DNA of 64,000 nucleotides, from positions 62,001-126,000 of the forward strand of contig JAKMXF010000343.1 in assembly GCA_024704765.1 (NCBI GenBank), in the 5' to 3' direction. Every line of letters starts with the position of its first letter. Positions within the stretch are counted from its first letter, which is position 1. A model generated the notes under the pieces. The model made no database searches. It was not told where the DNA came from and saw nothing but the letters and a program-made list of their open reading frames with translations. Of the stretch, positions 23,089 to 36,312 are shown in pieces. The DNA comes from Oopsacas minuta (lineage: Eukaryota > Animalia > Porifera). The translations under genes were made by a program, and so were the position numbers.

Positions 23089-26000
23089 ATGGATACAGCA
23101 CCTAAGACAGACATATCATCTCGCCTAGAGCGTATAAGAGCTAGGAGAGCTCAGCAAGTAGCTAGCGCAGCTCACAACACTTCCACTGGGTTTGAGAGAA
23201 GTCCTATATCTATCAATCCAACAGCTGAAATCAGGTAAATACTCTCTTAATAAGATTAAGGCTTACTAACGTATGTAACATAGAAATAATTTTTCAAATA
23301 CAGTCAGCTCCCGTTATATCTAAGCTCAAGGGACTGCGATGATTTCTTTGATTTAAAGTGGAGTTCGATACAACCAATGAACAATAATATGTTATTTTGA
23401 TGGGTTGGGACCATATTAATACAATTCACACTTCTATAAATACGGATATTACATATATCTATGATTGTAATTGTAGCTAATGCAGTTTGACGTATTGCAT
23501 ACACTCTTATATTTGTTAGAAATATTGAAACAGACAAAGCATCTCCACCCAGAGATTTCTCCCTCTCTGTAACAGGCCTGACATCTAATGACACTAATTC
23601 ACCCTCTACTACCAAGAGCAACCCTATCACTACAGATAAACTGACTAGCAGACTAGAGCTGATAAAGAAGAAAAGAAGTAGAGAGAATATTCATATGATA
23701 GATGAGCCTGAAGTTATAGAGCCAGGACATAAGAAGGAACAATCTAATGATACTGTAGATTCTGGCATTGGCACTACTGTACTACCTGCTAAGATAGATA
23801 ATGTGGGTATTTGTTTGTTTGTTTGTTTGTTTGTTTGTTTGTTTGTTTGTTTTATTCATTTGTTTATTGTTCGTTATACAGAAATTAGAAACAGTTCTAC
23901 CAAAGATTCCCTCACAACAATACAAAACAGAAGTCAAGCCCTCAGCTCCTATCTCTACACCTCCTAGGATACACAAGGTATCATTTGCACCTCCTGCACC
24001 AGAGATGTTCAGTCAGCAATCGGACAAACCAACTTCCTTACAAGTAATATATTATTATTGTACACAATCAGTACTATCTTTCAAGGGGTTTATTGCCCCA
24101 GACTCGACCCCTCCAACTAGAACATTTGGAAGTAGCAAAATATGTTCTTATATACAAATGCGGTGCTAGAGACGCCGAAAATGCTACCCGTTTCCCGTCT
24201 GTGAAGGTTACATTGTATAACCGGATTCGAATAGTATTTGTAGGCTTTATCAATCCATACAATGATTATTAACTACGTATACGTATCACCTGATTCACAT
24301 TTATTTATCAGGAAGAGGTATTAGCTGAGTTAGGTTTGACAGACATACCTCCTACTATACCAGATAGCTCTCCTCCTGCTACACCTATAGATCCTAATGA
24401 GGATAAGTTCAAGCTTGAGACTAGTCCTACAGCTGAATCTCACCCACAAGAGGTTTGTATTATACAAGTCTCTGGACCCAATAAACCAAATTTTAACACA
24501 TAATTTGAACACCTTGCTGTCGTTCATGGACCACCAGGGGTAGGTTGGGAACCGCTGGGCTAGGCTCTTTAATTTCTTTCAATCTACAGTGGAGTCTGCT
24601 AAATAGAGATACCGGGTAACCTTATCAAATTGTCGTCCAAAGTCTGCCGTATTTATTTGATACTTTTCCTATTACTATCAGATTAGTGAGAGTCATTATA
24701 AGGTTGAGCTATTTATAGGTTTCAAGAGAGACAGAGGCTGAGAAGAGATACAGTAGTGTATCAGTTGATAAATCTCCAGCATTCATGTTGATGAATCCTC
24801 GGAAACTTTCTCCGGTACGTAGTACTAGCTAATATAGAAATACACCAACGGACAGTGTTCGCATTAACCGGAGTAACATCAATTGAATATCCATTGTAGG
24901 GACCTGATTCTGTTCGTCCCGAAATTTGTATTAGCCTTGTTCATCTTAACGAAGTTACACTGTACAGTAGACACTTGTTAAAGCCAAATTTCCCGCTTAG
25001 CTGTTTCCTATCCAACTCCTTTATCTTGTTATACTTTACAGAAAAAATCCTCTCCAATCCGTACCTTAACGTCAACAGCTGATGGGACCGGAGTAACACC
25101 CCGTCAAACAGACCGTGATGAGACATACAGTGTGTCTCTAAGCCAGACTACTACAACAGGGCTATTAGACTGGGATGTTGAGAATGTTATAGACTGGTTA
25201 CATTTTATACAGCTACAGCATCTAGTTGCTATATTCAGGGATCGAGCAATCACGGGGGCCAAACTTAATAATATTACGCAGAAAGAGCTGCAGTTTATGG
25301 GTGTAGTTAGTTCTGAAGAACAACAGACTATTCTGCATGAAGTTAGTTATTAAGAGGAATAGTAGCCGGGGTATTTTTTCATATTTTAGCACCCTTGGAC
25401 GGAGGACATAATATATATGAATATATCTCCAACTCACCTAACGTTTTTCTGTGACGTTGAAAGAGTTATGTCCCAGTTTCCATAGTTACCTCGTTCGTAT
25501 TTAGTGCCTCAAAATCGTAGAGTTCATTGTAGATAAATTCAATTGATCTACTATGCTGTCAGCACAGATCATAATATTATATATTTATTTGTTTGTTTGT
25601 TTGTTTATAAACACCTTTACCCTGTAGGTGGCTGAACTCAGAATGTTGTGGCAAGTAGATTCAGAATCAGGATCTCAGCTGATGTTTGATGACATCACAG
25701 CTGGCCTAGCTAATATGTCTGTTAGGAGGAAAGATCTTGAGAAAGAACTTGATTCTCATGTAACTGAGGTAATATCAATATCAGCTGATTTTGCTGATTC
25801 GTATTTTCACACAAAGCTTCTTACAATATATATTGTATAGAGACTAAATAAACTAGAAGAGATCAAAAATGAACAAGATGACCGTATCAACACATCAATA
25901 ACTCTTCTTAAAGAAATACAGAATCCTTATCCACCAGATCCTCCTACAGATAAACCTCCAGAGATAGATATATCTACTATACCAATTGAAGAAGTAGTGG

Positions 26001-29000
26001 TAATTGAGGAAGATAGGAAGATGCTTTCTGAAGGCTTAGAGGATCTGGCTGAGCAGTCTCTTATCTCTGGGTCTAGTCATGATACAGAGGTTGATCCTGA
26101 TCAAATGAAACCAGTACAAGGTGTGAAAATATGTAACTATAGGCTAGGATCGGGAGAATTAGGAGGAGGAGCACAGTTTAAATGATTTACCCCCCCTCTT
26201 GACGCGAGGGCTCAAGAGCTGATAGATCAGTAGTTCCCAACCTTTCTCACACATGGACCCCCTCCCATAGACAAGTTGAGATCCTATGGACCTCAGGTTG
26301 GGACCCGCTGTATAGATAAATGCGATTGATTTCGAAATACGAAATTCCAAGATATACAAATTCTATCATACGTCTGTGTACTAAATATTTTACTAATCTC
26401 CAGAGGGACAGAATTCAAATCTTCAGGGACCAATTCGTCCCCCCACCATATTCAGAACTGACACCCCTTTAGAATCTACAGTTCCTTCTCTACCCAGTAA
26501 TCCTGAGAAATGGACACCTAGTGACATATGTCAGTGGTTGTCATCTCTGCCACTTTCCCAGTTCACGCCCTTGATACAGAACAATAGGATAGATGGGAAA
26601 CAGCTGATTTCTAGGGACTTTATTACGAATAAGGTACTTGATTGATAGACAATCATATACAGTGAACTTCCGTTATATCTAACACGGATATATCGTAATA
26701 CCCTCGCGTATATAGAAGTCTAAAATTGTACAAATGTGATCCCAAACTGTCAGAATGACATATATTCCATTGGTTATATCGAAGTAATTATCACGATCCC
26801 TTGAGCTTCGATATAACAGGAGAATATTCGTATAGGAATTTCTCCGGTTCTCTCCGACAGAGCAAGAACTCCTCCTCTCCTATCTTCAAGATCTATCCCC
26901 TACTCCTTCTACCAGTAACTCTATACCCTCTGACCCTCACTCCAGACAATCCAGCAGGGCCTATTCCGAGAGGGTAACCTCACCCCCTAGACCTATGAAA
27001 GAGACCAGATCAGCCTCAGATACTGGACTCTTGGACCACGTGGTTGAAACAGCTGGTAAAGAGAAGCAAGGAAAGAAAGGATTTTTCAGGAAGTTTATCC
27101 CAAAAAAGTTTAGCACAGAGAAGTTAGATAAAGGAGAATCCAATCTTGAAATATTTCCTAAATCTTGTTCTTCTTCAGGTTTGTTTGTTTGCCTGTTTGT
27201 TTATCTATTTGTTTATTATCGTATTTACATCTACAGAAGGAGAACTATCTAATATTCGCACTGCAAAGAAACTAGCAGGATTCTTCGGAGTAGAAGCACA
27301 ATCTCCAGCAATACAATCAATATTTCACGGTAGAGACAGTGAGGGACAGGGCTTACTCAGGATATACGTGTCTCACGTGTTACCAGATGCTACGTACAAA
27401 GCAGTATTAGTACATCCTAAAGATAATTGCTTACAGGTTAGAGTAATAGGGATATGCCATAAGGGAACGGTTCAAAACCTGAGGTCAACAGGATGTCCAC
27501 ATTGGTATTACGGCGGTGGACTGAAACAACTAATAGTTACTTACTTGACTATTAATTCATTGAGTCTATATTATTCTGCTTAACAACAGGTATTACGGCT
27601 TGTAATGCAGAAAGGCGGACTACAACGAGAAGATATAAACAGGTTCACCCTCATAGAGAGTTGTCCTTCCAACCCTCGTATTCCAGAGAAGGAACTCGGT
27701 CTCCATGAATACCCACTCATTATTCACATGAGACATTTAGACATGCCAGAACCTTTTACCTTTGAGCTAAGAACACGTCCATCAACTAGTCTACAGTTTG
27801 TTATTAATGTTCCTGATAAGGTTATTAACCATACATTGAGGATACAAATAGCTCCTGTTACTACTGCTAGAGAGTGTATAACATTATTCAAAGGGAGGTT
27901 TGTTATCTTATTAGTTATTATAAGAAATTAACGTTATGCTTTGAGTAACACGAATTGGTAGATATCGTGTTTCTTTATGTTACTTTTAGGATGTGGGAAG
28001 GTATTTGTATTATTTGATCCTTCGACATGACAGGAGTTGACTGTATTTAAGAAATACTTTCCTGGATTCTCACATTCTTTCCTCAATTTTAGGTAAACAC
28101 TCATATATCTATATTTCATCTTTTAATAGGATTCCCGAATTGAACGATCCCATCTTGAAACTAGTGGTAGAAGCTGAAAAGGAAAATGGGGAATTGACTC
28201 GATTACGGCCACATGATGCCCCTGTAATACTACAGTCTGATTGGGCAGTGAGAGGGGAACAAGTTTTATTTTCTATAAGCAGAGAAGCACCTGTTGCTAA
28301 TGAACAGAGGACAACACGTGAATTCCTAGATGAAATACAAGATTTACAGAGTGCAGTACAGAGCTATCATGTAGTAGAGCAGAAGTACACATCTCTACAG
28401 GAAGAACATCAACGATTATTACGTAAGAGTAGAGACAGTATGAATAGTGCTAGGGATATAAGCACTATTGATCAGCTACAGGAATTGGATCTCAAGTATC
28501 AGAATAAAGTCCAGTTGTGTAGAAATCAGGTAAATACAAATATTCTACAATAATCCAACACCAGTAGTCTGCCGGTTAGTACCATTTTACATCCTTAAAG
28601 CTCCATACCTTGTCACATCCAATAAAGATAGTAATATTTTCCAAAGCTCATCTTTTATTATATTATTAGAAAGATGAATTGAAAAAATTGAAATCTCGTA
28701 ATGAAGAATTACTCTCAAAACTAACATACATTAAATCAGATACAGAGGACATAGAATTCACTGGAGACACACAACTAACTCACATCAAACAAAAACTCAC
28801 TGAAAAGCGGAAAGATATTCTAATAAGTGATGACGTACAATCACTTACTGAGGAGAATATTTATCTTAAAGATGAGCTGAGAAAGAAACAGCTGATTTTA
28901 GAAGAACTAGAAGCTACTGGTAATAAAATGTCACCAAATGGAGTAGTTCTATACGAATTAGCCAGTGAACATCCTGACTATGCATTTGTTAGAGCACACC

Positions 29001-30090
29001 TTGATATTAATAAGACAGGGCCAGCTCTTGGTATTAGTATCGGTAAGAGGAATGAGCCTGGAACTTTTGTAATGAAGGTTAGTGCATATTTATAGAGTAG
29101 ACTCCGCTTAATAGAGTCATGGTTCATCAGGTTACTTGGACAGAAACAGAACAATAAAATAGTGTATAAATATTTGGCTGAATAGGAGGGAAAATGGCCT
29201 GATCAGGATGTCACCCTATTACCAGTGGAGTCTACTGTATTTGATTTTAAGCTTCAGACGATAACTGGACATAGACTTCCTTATTAGGAAATTTATTGAT
29301 ATTTTTCGAGAAATAACCTTTCTTAAATATCCACGACCTTACCTCTATTGAATATATATGATTGAATTACAGTGAATATCGGTTATAAGAACATGCAGGA
29401 TATAAGCAACATCCTCTAGGAAACTGTTCCCATATATTCCTCTATGTTTTAGAAATTTTAGATAAGTAACGAATCATATCTCTATCATCCTACGGGGCCT
29501 AGAATTTCTACGCCAATTTTAGGAACACAAGACGACACATGTGTACTTCAATTTTCTATTTCTTCTAGATAATCCCTGATTCAGTAGCGGATAAAGACGG
29601 CAGTTTAAGAATAGGAGACAGATTAATTGAAGTTAACGGAATAGATATTAGTCATACAGAACACTCTGCTATTGTTAAATTATTTAAAAGTCTAACCACA
29701 AGTGTGAAAATTGTTGTGGCGCGTAAAACCGAACGTGATCAGCTGGCACAACAAAAATTAACTCAAAAAATAGCGAGTTATGAAAACCTAAAGGAAAGAT
29801 ACGTTACACTTGAGGTTAAGATCGAAGAAATAGAAAAATTGCAGTCACAATTTTCAGAAAAAGAATCAGAAATTTCCGAATTAAAACGCCAACTGCAATC
29901 CAAACTAATTTTAGATGAAAACGAGAGATCAGCATTAGAAACGGAGTACGCTTATACCAGAGGCTACCTAGATCATGTCATCACAATACTTGAGACAGAA
30001 GCTCCACATATACTACAAAAACTCCCACAAGAATTTGACCCCATCCCAGGTTCTAGCGATGAGCCAACCAATGATGAGGAATGGTGTTAA
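23089..30090 (+). CDS. Large multi-exon scaffold: low-complexity N-terminus, SAM, SAM-like, RA, RA-like, coiled coil, PDZ, coiled coil/FIP-RBD-like C-terminus
   Basis: SAM: LLDWDVENVIDWLHFIQLQHLVAIFRDRAITGAKL (about 25160). SAM-like: KWTPSDICQWLSSLPLSQF..IDGKQL (about 26510). RA: GLLRIYVSHVLPDATYKAVLV...FTLIE..EKELGLHEYPL (27350-27730). PDZ: GPALGISIG...ADKDGSLRIGDRLIEVNG (29020-29720). Ends YLDHVITILETEAPHIL...EEWC. Confidence 0.7.
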
Positions 30091-30598
30091 AATATTATAA
30101 TTTGAATTTACTTATTTATAACTTCGTATAGACAGAGGTCTGTTATTATTAATATTCGAAAATATTTTTATTTATCTAATATTTTTGAGTTATTTGTATT
30201 TTGTTTAATGTTATATCGCAATATTGCCTTGTTTATTTCCTCTGGTTCCCACCCTGGGGTCTATGCACCTCAAAATATATTTTGCATTCAAAGCGTACAC
30301 AGAATGTTAAAATTGGTATAGGCGTCCATGGCTGGAAAAGGCTTGGAATTAGATTCACGAATTCGCATTATCTGGCGAAGGCGTAACTGTAAAGGTGTTT
30401 GAGGGGGCCTGGCGGAATTATTATATGCACGAAAACCAGGATTTTGTCTTCCCACCCAAAGCGCAACATCCCAGATTTCCAAAAATGGTCCATGCAAGCA
30501 CATATTACATCAACGATGGCCTATTTTTTCATTTAATAATTGCATAAAAACAGTAGACCACACTTAATTGCGTGTTAATAGTATAGATTTCTGCATAT

Positions 30599-32430
30599 AT
30601 GGCGACACAATTTGATACTTCAAATTCCAATTCAAATGAAAAGGGCTCCTCATTTACATCTCCAACAAGAAGTAGTAGAACTACCACCATTGATGACAAG
30701 AGTCCTATTTGGAATCATTTGTTTTTTGCTGAAAAATTTGTTCCAAGTTTCCAATCGGTTGCTTACCCTGACAATTTTGAACCATATTCACTGAATGATC
30801 TACTCAATCTTAACGAATTACATAAATGTGGCCTTGATGATGTAAAGGAGTGGCTTGTAGCCATTTTTTCGCAAAATATGCCAATGTTGAACGGAGATCT
30901 GTTTAGATATGATAGACAAATTCTAGCCTTTAAGATTAAGAATATTCCCAACATTCAACATTTCCTATTCAACTCTGGAATCGGGGCATGCGGGATACTG
31001 GGAAAATTTCTGACGCCCCGATTCTGGATTTCAGTGTGGTATTGTGTCAAAATCACCATTTTCCGTATATATGTAGTTCATATTATGTCATACTATTGTT
31101 TCGTATTGCTAGTCAAACTATAACGTTATAATATTTCATTCTGCTACATATTGCTTATCCTGAACACCTCTCTAAAGTGAAAATTTCACCTACGTAGCAT
31201 TTATATTGTTTTATTCGATAGTTATTGCGAAAATAAAAGTTTCCTGAGTTGATTTCAGTATTGATGCCCCGGTTGCGTAGGGGATTTAGTATTAGTACTA
31301 TGCAAGCTGAAAGAATTAGATTTTCAGGGTTTGCCCCGATTCGAGAGGTTTCACTGTAGTTACAACCTATAATGTACATACGAGTTCCCTTAGGTATTCG
31401 AATTCTGTTATTAAGTTTACATACTGTATACAAACTTAATCCAATATGAAGTATAGTAACTGAAGTCAACTTTAGTATGAGGAGAATTATATAAAATGGG
31501 AAATTCTTTTGGACTGATATAAAATAAGGATGACAGGTTGAGAGAGGTACCCGTATCTTGGAGGTCCGACTGTAAAACCGAACCCAATTGTAACAATTGT
31601 AAAGCTTTTGTCACTAAAATCAATCTCCAATGTAAAGATTTACAGTTTCATGTTGTTTTGTAGATCTTGGCAAAGAAGTATTGTAAAGTAGACGCCAAGT
31701 TGAGTACTTGGCGCTGTCACATTGAGTAAGGTTATTCTTATACAAAATTTAATATTTAATGTTATGGTTAACTAAATAAACAATATTTTATTCGTTTAAA
31801 GATGTTTTATGGTCTGCTAAAATATATGAAATATCAAATTCTCCAATTGTTTGTATCTAGATTCGTACTACTAATATATTCCTCGATTGACTTGTTACAA
31901 GTATTTGTATGGTTTAATATGCTTAATATATAAATACATATAACACACTAAATACTCTACTGAAATTCAAACAATCACAGAAATGTGGCCTTGATGATGT
32001 AAAGGTGTGGCTTGTGCAAACTCCTTCGCAAAATATGCGAGAGTTGAACCCCGATCTGATTATATGTGATGAATTCAGAATATATGCGATTGCCTTGTTC
32101 TGATGATTAATCAGTTCCGATACTTATCTCTTTATTCCGATATCCAATAATTATGGATGTTAAGCAAGTAATTTTCGTTCGGAGTAACAAAATACTTCAA
32201 CCAGTCACCAGAATCCAATCAAAAAAAAAAATCGGGGCCTTAACCCCGATTTTTTTTTTGATTGGATTCTAGCTGTACCTGGCACTGAGAGAACACGCTG
32301 GTGATGTACTCTTCAACCTTGCTGGTCAGCTGATGTTTAATTGCACACATGATGGCCTTGAAAGTTTGAAAACCAATTCTAAATACGCTGCTTCATCTAC
32401 TGTACTCGAGGTCCTACGCCATCGATTTGA
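30599..32430 (+). pseudogene. Disrupted, scrambled paralog of the nuclease-kinase gene
   Basis: 30599-30945 is similar to the N-terminus of 32717-34312, 31595-31690 to its middle and 32275-32430 to its C-terminus. 31960-32070 re-duplicates the N-terminal part. Upstream 30390-30600 resembles 32515-32717. Confidence 0.75.
32210..32270. repeat. Near-perfect palindrome/hairpin with a 6-nt loop
   Basis: agaatccaatc(a)11tcgggg-ccttaa-ccccga(t)10gattggattct. Confidence 0.9.
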
Positions 32431-32716
32431 ATTTTCAGCAACATCTCTTTTTCATTAGTCATTACTCTGATAATTTCTTAATTCAATCATTTACTATTGT
32501 GGTTATGCAATGGAGTTTGAGGGGGCCTGGCGGAATTATTATATGCACGAAAACCAGGATTTTGTCTTCCCATCCAAAGCACAACATCCCAGATTTCCAA
32601 AAATGGTCCATCCAAGCACATATCACACTAACGATTGCCTAATTTCTCATTTACTAATTGTATCAAGGCAGTAGACTACACTTAATTACGTTTTAATAGT
32701 TTAGTTTCCTACTTAG

Positions 32717-34312
32717 ATGGCAACAAAATTTCCTTCTTCAGACTCTGACTCCAAGGAAAAGGTTTCCTCAATTATATCTCCCACTTTGGGTAGTAGATGT
32801 TCTAGCATTGATGACAATAGCTCAATTTGGCAGCACTTTTTATTTGCTCAAACATTTGTCCCAAACCTCCGCTCGCTTTCTTATTCCAAATATTTGGATC
32901 ATTATTCACTGTTTGATCTCCTCGATCTTGATGAATCAGAGAAATGTCACCTTGATCATGTGAAGGACTGGCTTTTGGGCATTTTTCCGGATAATATGCC
33001 AGGTTTGAACAAAGATCTTATTAGTTGTGATCATCAAATACCAGCCTTCAATTATAAGACTAGCCCTAATATTAAACCATTTTATTACAATTTCAAGAAT
33101 CGACCAGATATATGCGTCAATTTTCATTACAAAAGTGTTGGCAGTATGCATAAGATTTATGAGGATATTGAATTTCCTGGTCTCCTCATAGAGGTAATGT
33201 CAGGTAAAAAGACGTTATCTCAAAACCTGTGTGATTGTCTGGTACTTATGATAGACCAATTCCGATTTGTATCCCTCTACTTCCAGATAACCAATATTTC
33301 TGGCTACTTGTTTCCCAAAGCCGACCACAAATGTAAGGCTTTGGTCACTAGAATCGATCTCCAATGGAAAGATTTACAATTTGATCTTAACTTTGTACAT
33401 CTTGGCAAAGAACAAGTCTCACAAGATGTCAAACAAGTACTCTCTGAACAGTGTTTTGGAGACAATCTTACATTGGTCAGTTCTCTTCCTCATTCAGCAT
33501 TTTTGAGGCTGTCTGATGCAGATTTAACTAACATCAGCAACCAGATTCAAAGTACATCAACACTTGAACAAATTTCTACTGGTTCTTCCATCATGTTCAG
33601 AAATAAAGAATTCTATTATAAGATTCTTCCCAATTATCAGCACGAAAGGGCTATATCTGGCATGTACATCTCATTCCTCGACTATCAAAGTTCAAATTCT
33701 GACTTGTTGAAATACTTTGTTCCTCCGAACCGCTTACTGAAGTTGGGTCCTGAAGCTAATATTCCATGTTATCGCTTTGAAAGGCAAACTTATGATCCTT
33801 TAAGCAGAAAGGAAGCGAAGAAATGTATCATAGATTTGATTTCACAATTAACTCATAGTCTTCAAGTTTTGCATGCTGAACTTTTCTTGGCACATCTTGA
33901 TGTGCGCCTACCAAATATATGTTTTGATGATGACGGCAATGCCCGTCTTATAGATTTCGACTTTTCACAATCAAGTAAATCTTCACGGATTTTTAGGAAG
34001 GAGTATCCATTTCTATACAATCCCCCCCGTAAGCGCACCAATGGTACTACTTGGACTTGTGGTGATCTTGATTTCAAACAATTGGGGGTGATGATTTTTT
34101 GCATTTACATTCCAGGCTATCACCAAACAACAGTCGAAGAAGAATCTGTCCGCGAGACATTGGACCTGAGTGGGAATGCTGGTGACGTACTCCTCAAATT
34201 TGCTCGTCAGCTGATCTTTAATTGTACACATAATGGAGTTGAAAGTTTGAAGTGCCATTCTAAATACGCAGCTTCATCAACTGTACTCGAGGTCCTGCAC
34301 AATCGAATTTAA
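32717..34312 (+). CDS. Intronless 531-aa protein: PD-(D/E)xK/Uma2-like nuclease-fold domain fused to a protein-kinase-like domain
   Basis: RPDICV...LLIEVMSG...MIDQFR (nuclease-fold pattern), then FYYKI, LAHLDVRLPNICFD (catalytic loop), RLIDFD and LDFKQLGVMI. Confidence 0.7.
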   Translation: MATKFPSSDSDSKEKVSSIISPTLGSRCSSIDDNSSIWQHFLFAQTFVPNLRSLSYSKYLDHYSLFDLLDLDESEKCHLDHVKDWLLGIFPDNMPGLNKDLISCDHQIPAFNYKTSPNIKPFYYNFKNRPDICVNFHYKSVGSMHKIYEDIEFPGLLIEVMSGKKTLSQNLCDCLVLMIDQFRFVSLYFQITNISGYLFPKADHKCKALVTRIDLQWKDLQFDLNFVHLGKEQVSQDVKQVLSEQCFGDNLTLVSSLPHSAFLRLSDADLTNISNQIQSTSTLEQISTGSSIMFRNKEFYYKILPNYQHERAISGMYISFLDYQSSNSDLLKYFVPPNRLLKLGPEANIPCYRFERQTYDPLSRKEAKKCIIDLISQLTHSLQVLHAELFLAHLDVRLPNICFDDDGNARLIDFDFSQSSKSSRIFRKEYPFLYNPPRKRTNGTTWTCGDLDFKQLGVMIFCIYIPGYHQTTVEEESVRETLDLSGNAGDVLLKFARQLIFNCTHNGVESLKCHSKYAASSTVLEVLHNRI

Positions 34313-35569
34313 TTTTCCACAGCTTCTCTTCTCTATAGTAATTCCTCTGGTGATTTGTGAGTTTCCTCACTATTTGTGAATTCAATCATATTCTATTGTT
34401 CTTGTGCTATTACTCGATTGTTTGTAGATTCTATGATGTATTTGATGAGTATTTTGCTCATTTTCATTATGACTTAATCCTTTACTGTGCCATAATATGG
34501 AGGTGTTGACTATGCAATAGTATAGTGGGTCCACGAATTTGTTCTCCTGAGGGGAACATAGGGAAGCAAAAGTGCATCTCCCACTGCTTAGAATTGTAAA
34601 CTATAATTTGGCCTTTTCGCTATCTAACCCTCAATACTTTTTACTCACACCCAAATACCAGAGATACATCTTGTATTGATCTCGGACTGTGACGTACCAA
34701 GAGCCTTTGGTATCCGGGGCGGATTATGATTTTGGCGTCCAACTAAACTCACAGAAGAACTCAAGCAGTCTGAACTGTATTGCACTAGAAGATGGTGGAT
34801 CATCCCCCCACTGGCCCCCTCCAAATCATACGCACTTAACTCTGATGATATATACTATACTTATTTATGTCATTCTAGGACGAACTCCTTCCCTAAGTGA
34901 AACATCCCCCAATTTCCAAAAAATACCCTATGTAAATACTTATTTCTCTAACTATGGGGTTTTTCCGTTTTCGTCACATTCGAGAATATATCCCACAAAT
35001 CTCCATATTCATGAGTTGTATATTCATATAATATATTTCCACAAACTCTAAAGTGATATAACTCTACAAACTAAATAACAAATAAGAGATATAGAATATA
35101 TTATGAAGTAATATTAATAATTATTACGCAGCAGTCTTTTCCATCTTTGTTGGTGTTATATGACAGAGCAAACAGCTAAAAACAAATACAAATAATTCCA
35201 TATTTTCAGAAATATGTACAATCACCTCCCGGTATATCGAAATTTCAAAGTGACATATATTTCCTCGGTAATATCGAAGCAATTATCGCCGTCCCTTGAG
35301 CTTCGATATAACAGTGGACTATAAATACACAGATATGCTAAAAAAGTGAAAGCAAAAATTGGGAGACTATTTGAGGCTTCACAAAAATTTTCAAAAATTC
35401 ACTTTCTGAGAGACCCCTTGGTGGACTACGGACGACAGTAAGGGTTCCACAAAATGTGTTAAATAGGTTAGGAACAGCTGTGCTAGGGATAGACCAAGCA
35501 CCCTTAGCGGTCATTTTCTCACAAATCATGTTCCCAATTACATCTCATTACAGGTCATTTTATGAGAAG

Positions 35570-36312
35570 TGACGAATCCATCTAAGAGAGGCCATGTATT
35601 ATTCAATACAACAGCACAACATATGTAGATTCCAGAATACATATATAACGCTGGGCTAGTTGTACCTGTATTTACTTTCCAGGATATTATTCCAGATTGA
35701 ATATGCCCTTATATGGTATATATTTACTCACATGTTTTCGATCCTTTATCTTTCTTGGTAACAGTCTCCTCCTTTATCTCCTTCCCTTCCTCAACGACCT
35801 CTGGGGCTGTAGGAGCTTCTTGTTTCGCTAAATCCGCATCAGCTGTTACAGCTTCTAGCTTTGGTGCTAAAAGATTGAAATATAAATATGAACCGTTAGT
35901 ACGAATTCCCGGATATAGCGAAGGATATTACTCCGGTTTTTACGAACTAGTTTTGGCCGTCTGTTGGTGTTCATATTAACGAGGTACACTGTATTTTGCC
36001 AATGTCCCGTTTTAACATTACTTCCATGGTAACAGTATTTCTAGATAATTTCCCTAGCTTTAACTGCCAAATCTATCGATTTCAATATTTCCCCTATTAC
36101 ACCCTAAAATATCCAGAGTAAACATATGCCACAAGCCCTGTAGATAAACTGTTTTGACAAAAATGATCCCCCTACAAACTGGCCCGTGGGGACCATTTTT
36201 GTCAGAGCAAAGCCCTAGTTATTTCCACACAATAACCTATCAATTACACATACATACCTTCAGGTTCAGCCTGTGCATCCTGTTGTTGTGGATTTTCAAT
36301 TTCGGACATTTT
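35570..36312 (-). CDS. Small acidic low-complexity protein, partial model
   Basis: Exon 1 MSEIENPQQQDAQAEPE|gtatgt and exon 2 APKLEAVTADADLAKQEAPTAPEVVEEGKEIKEETVTKKDKGSKT|gtgagt have clean splice sites. The 3' exon is uncertain. Confidence 0.35.

Noticed and set aside
34689-35051. 120-aa plus-strand ORF after the kinase
   Set aside because: Non-ATG start and no domain-like features.
35338-35529. 63-aa minus-strand ORF (MICEKMTAKG...)
   Set aside because: An in-frame stop lies just upstream and no splice connection to the acidic gene was found.
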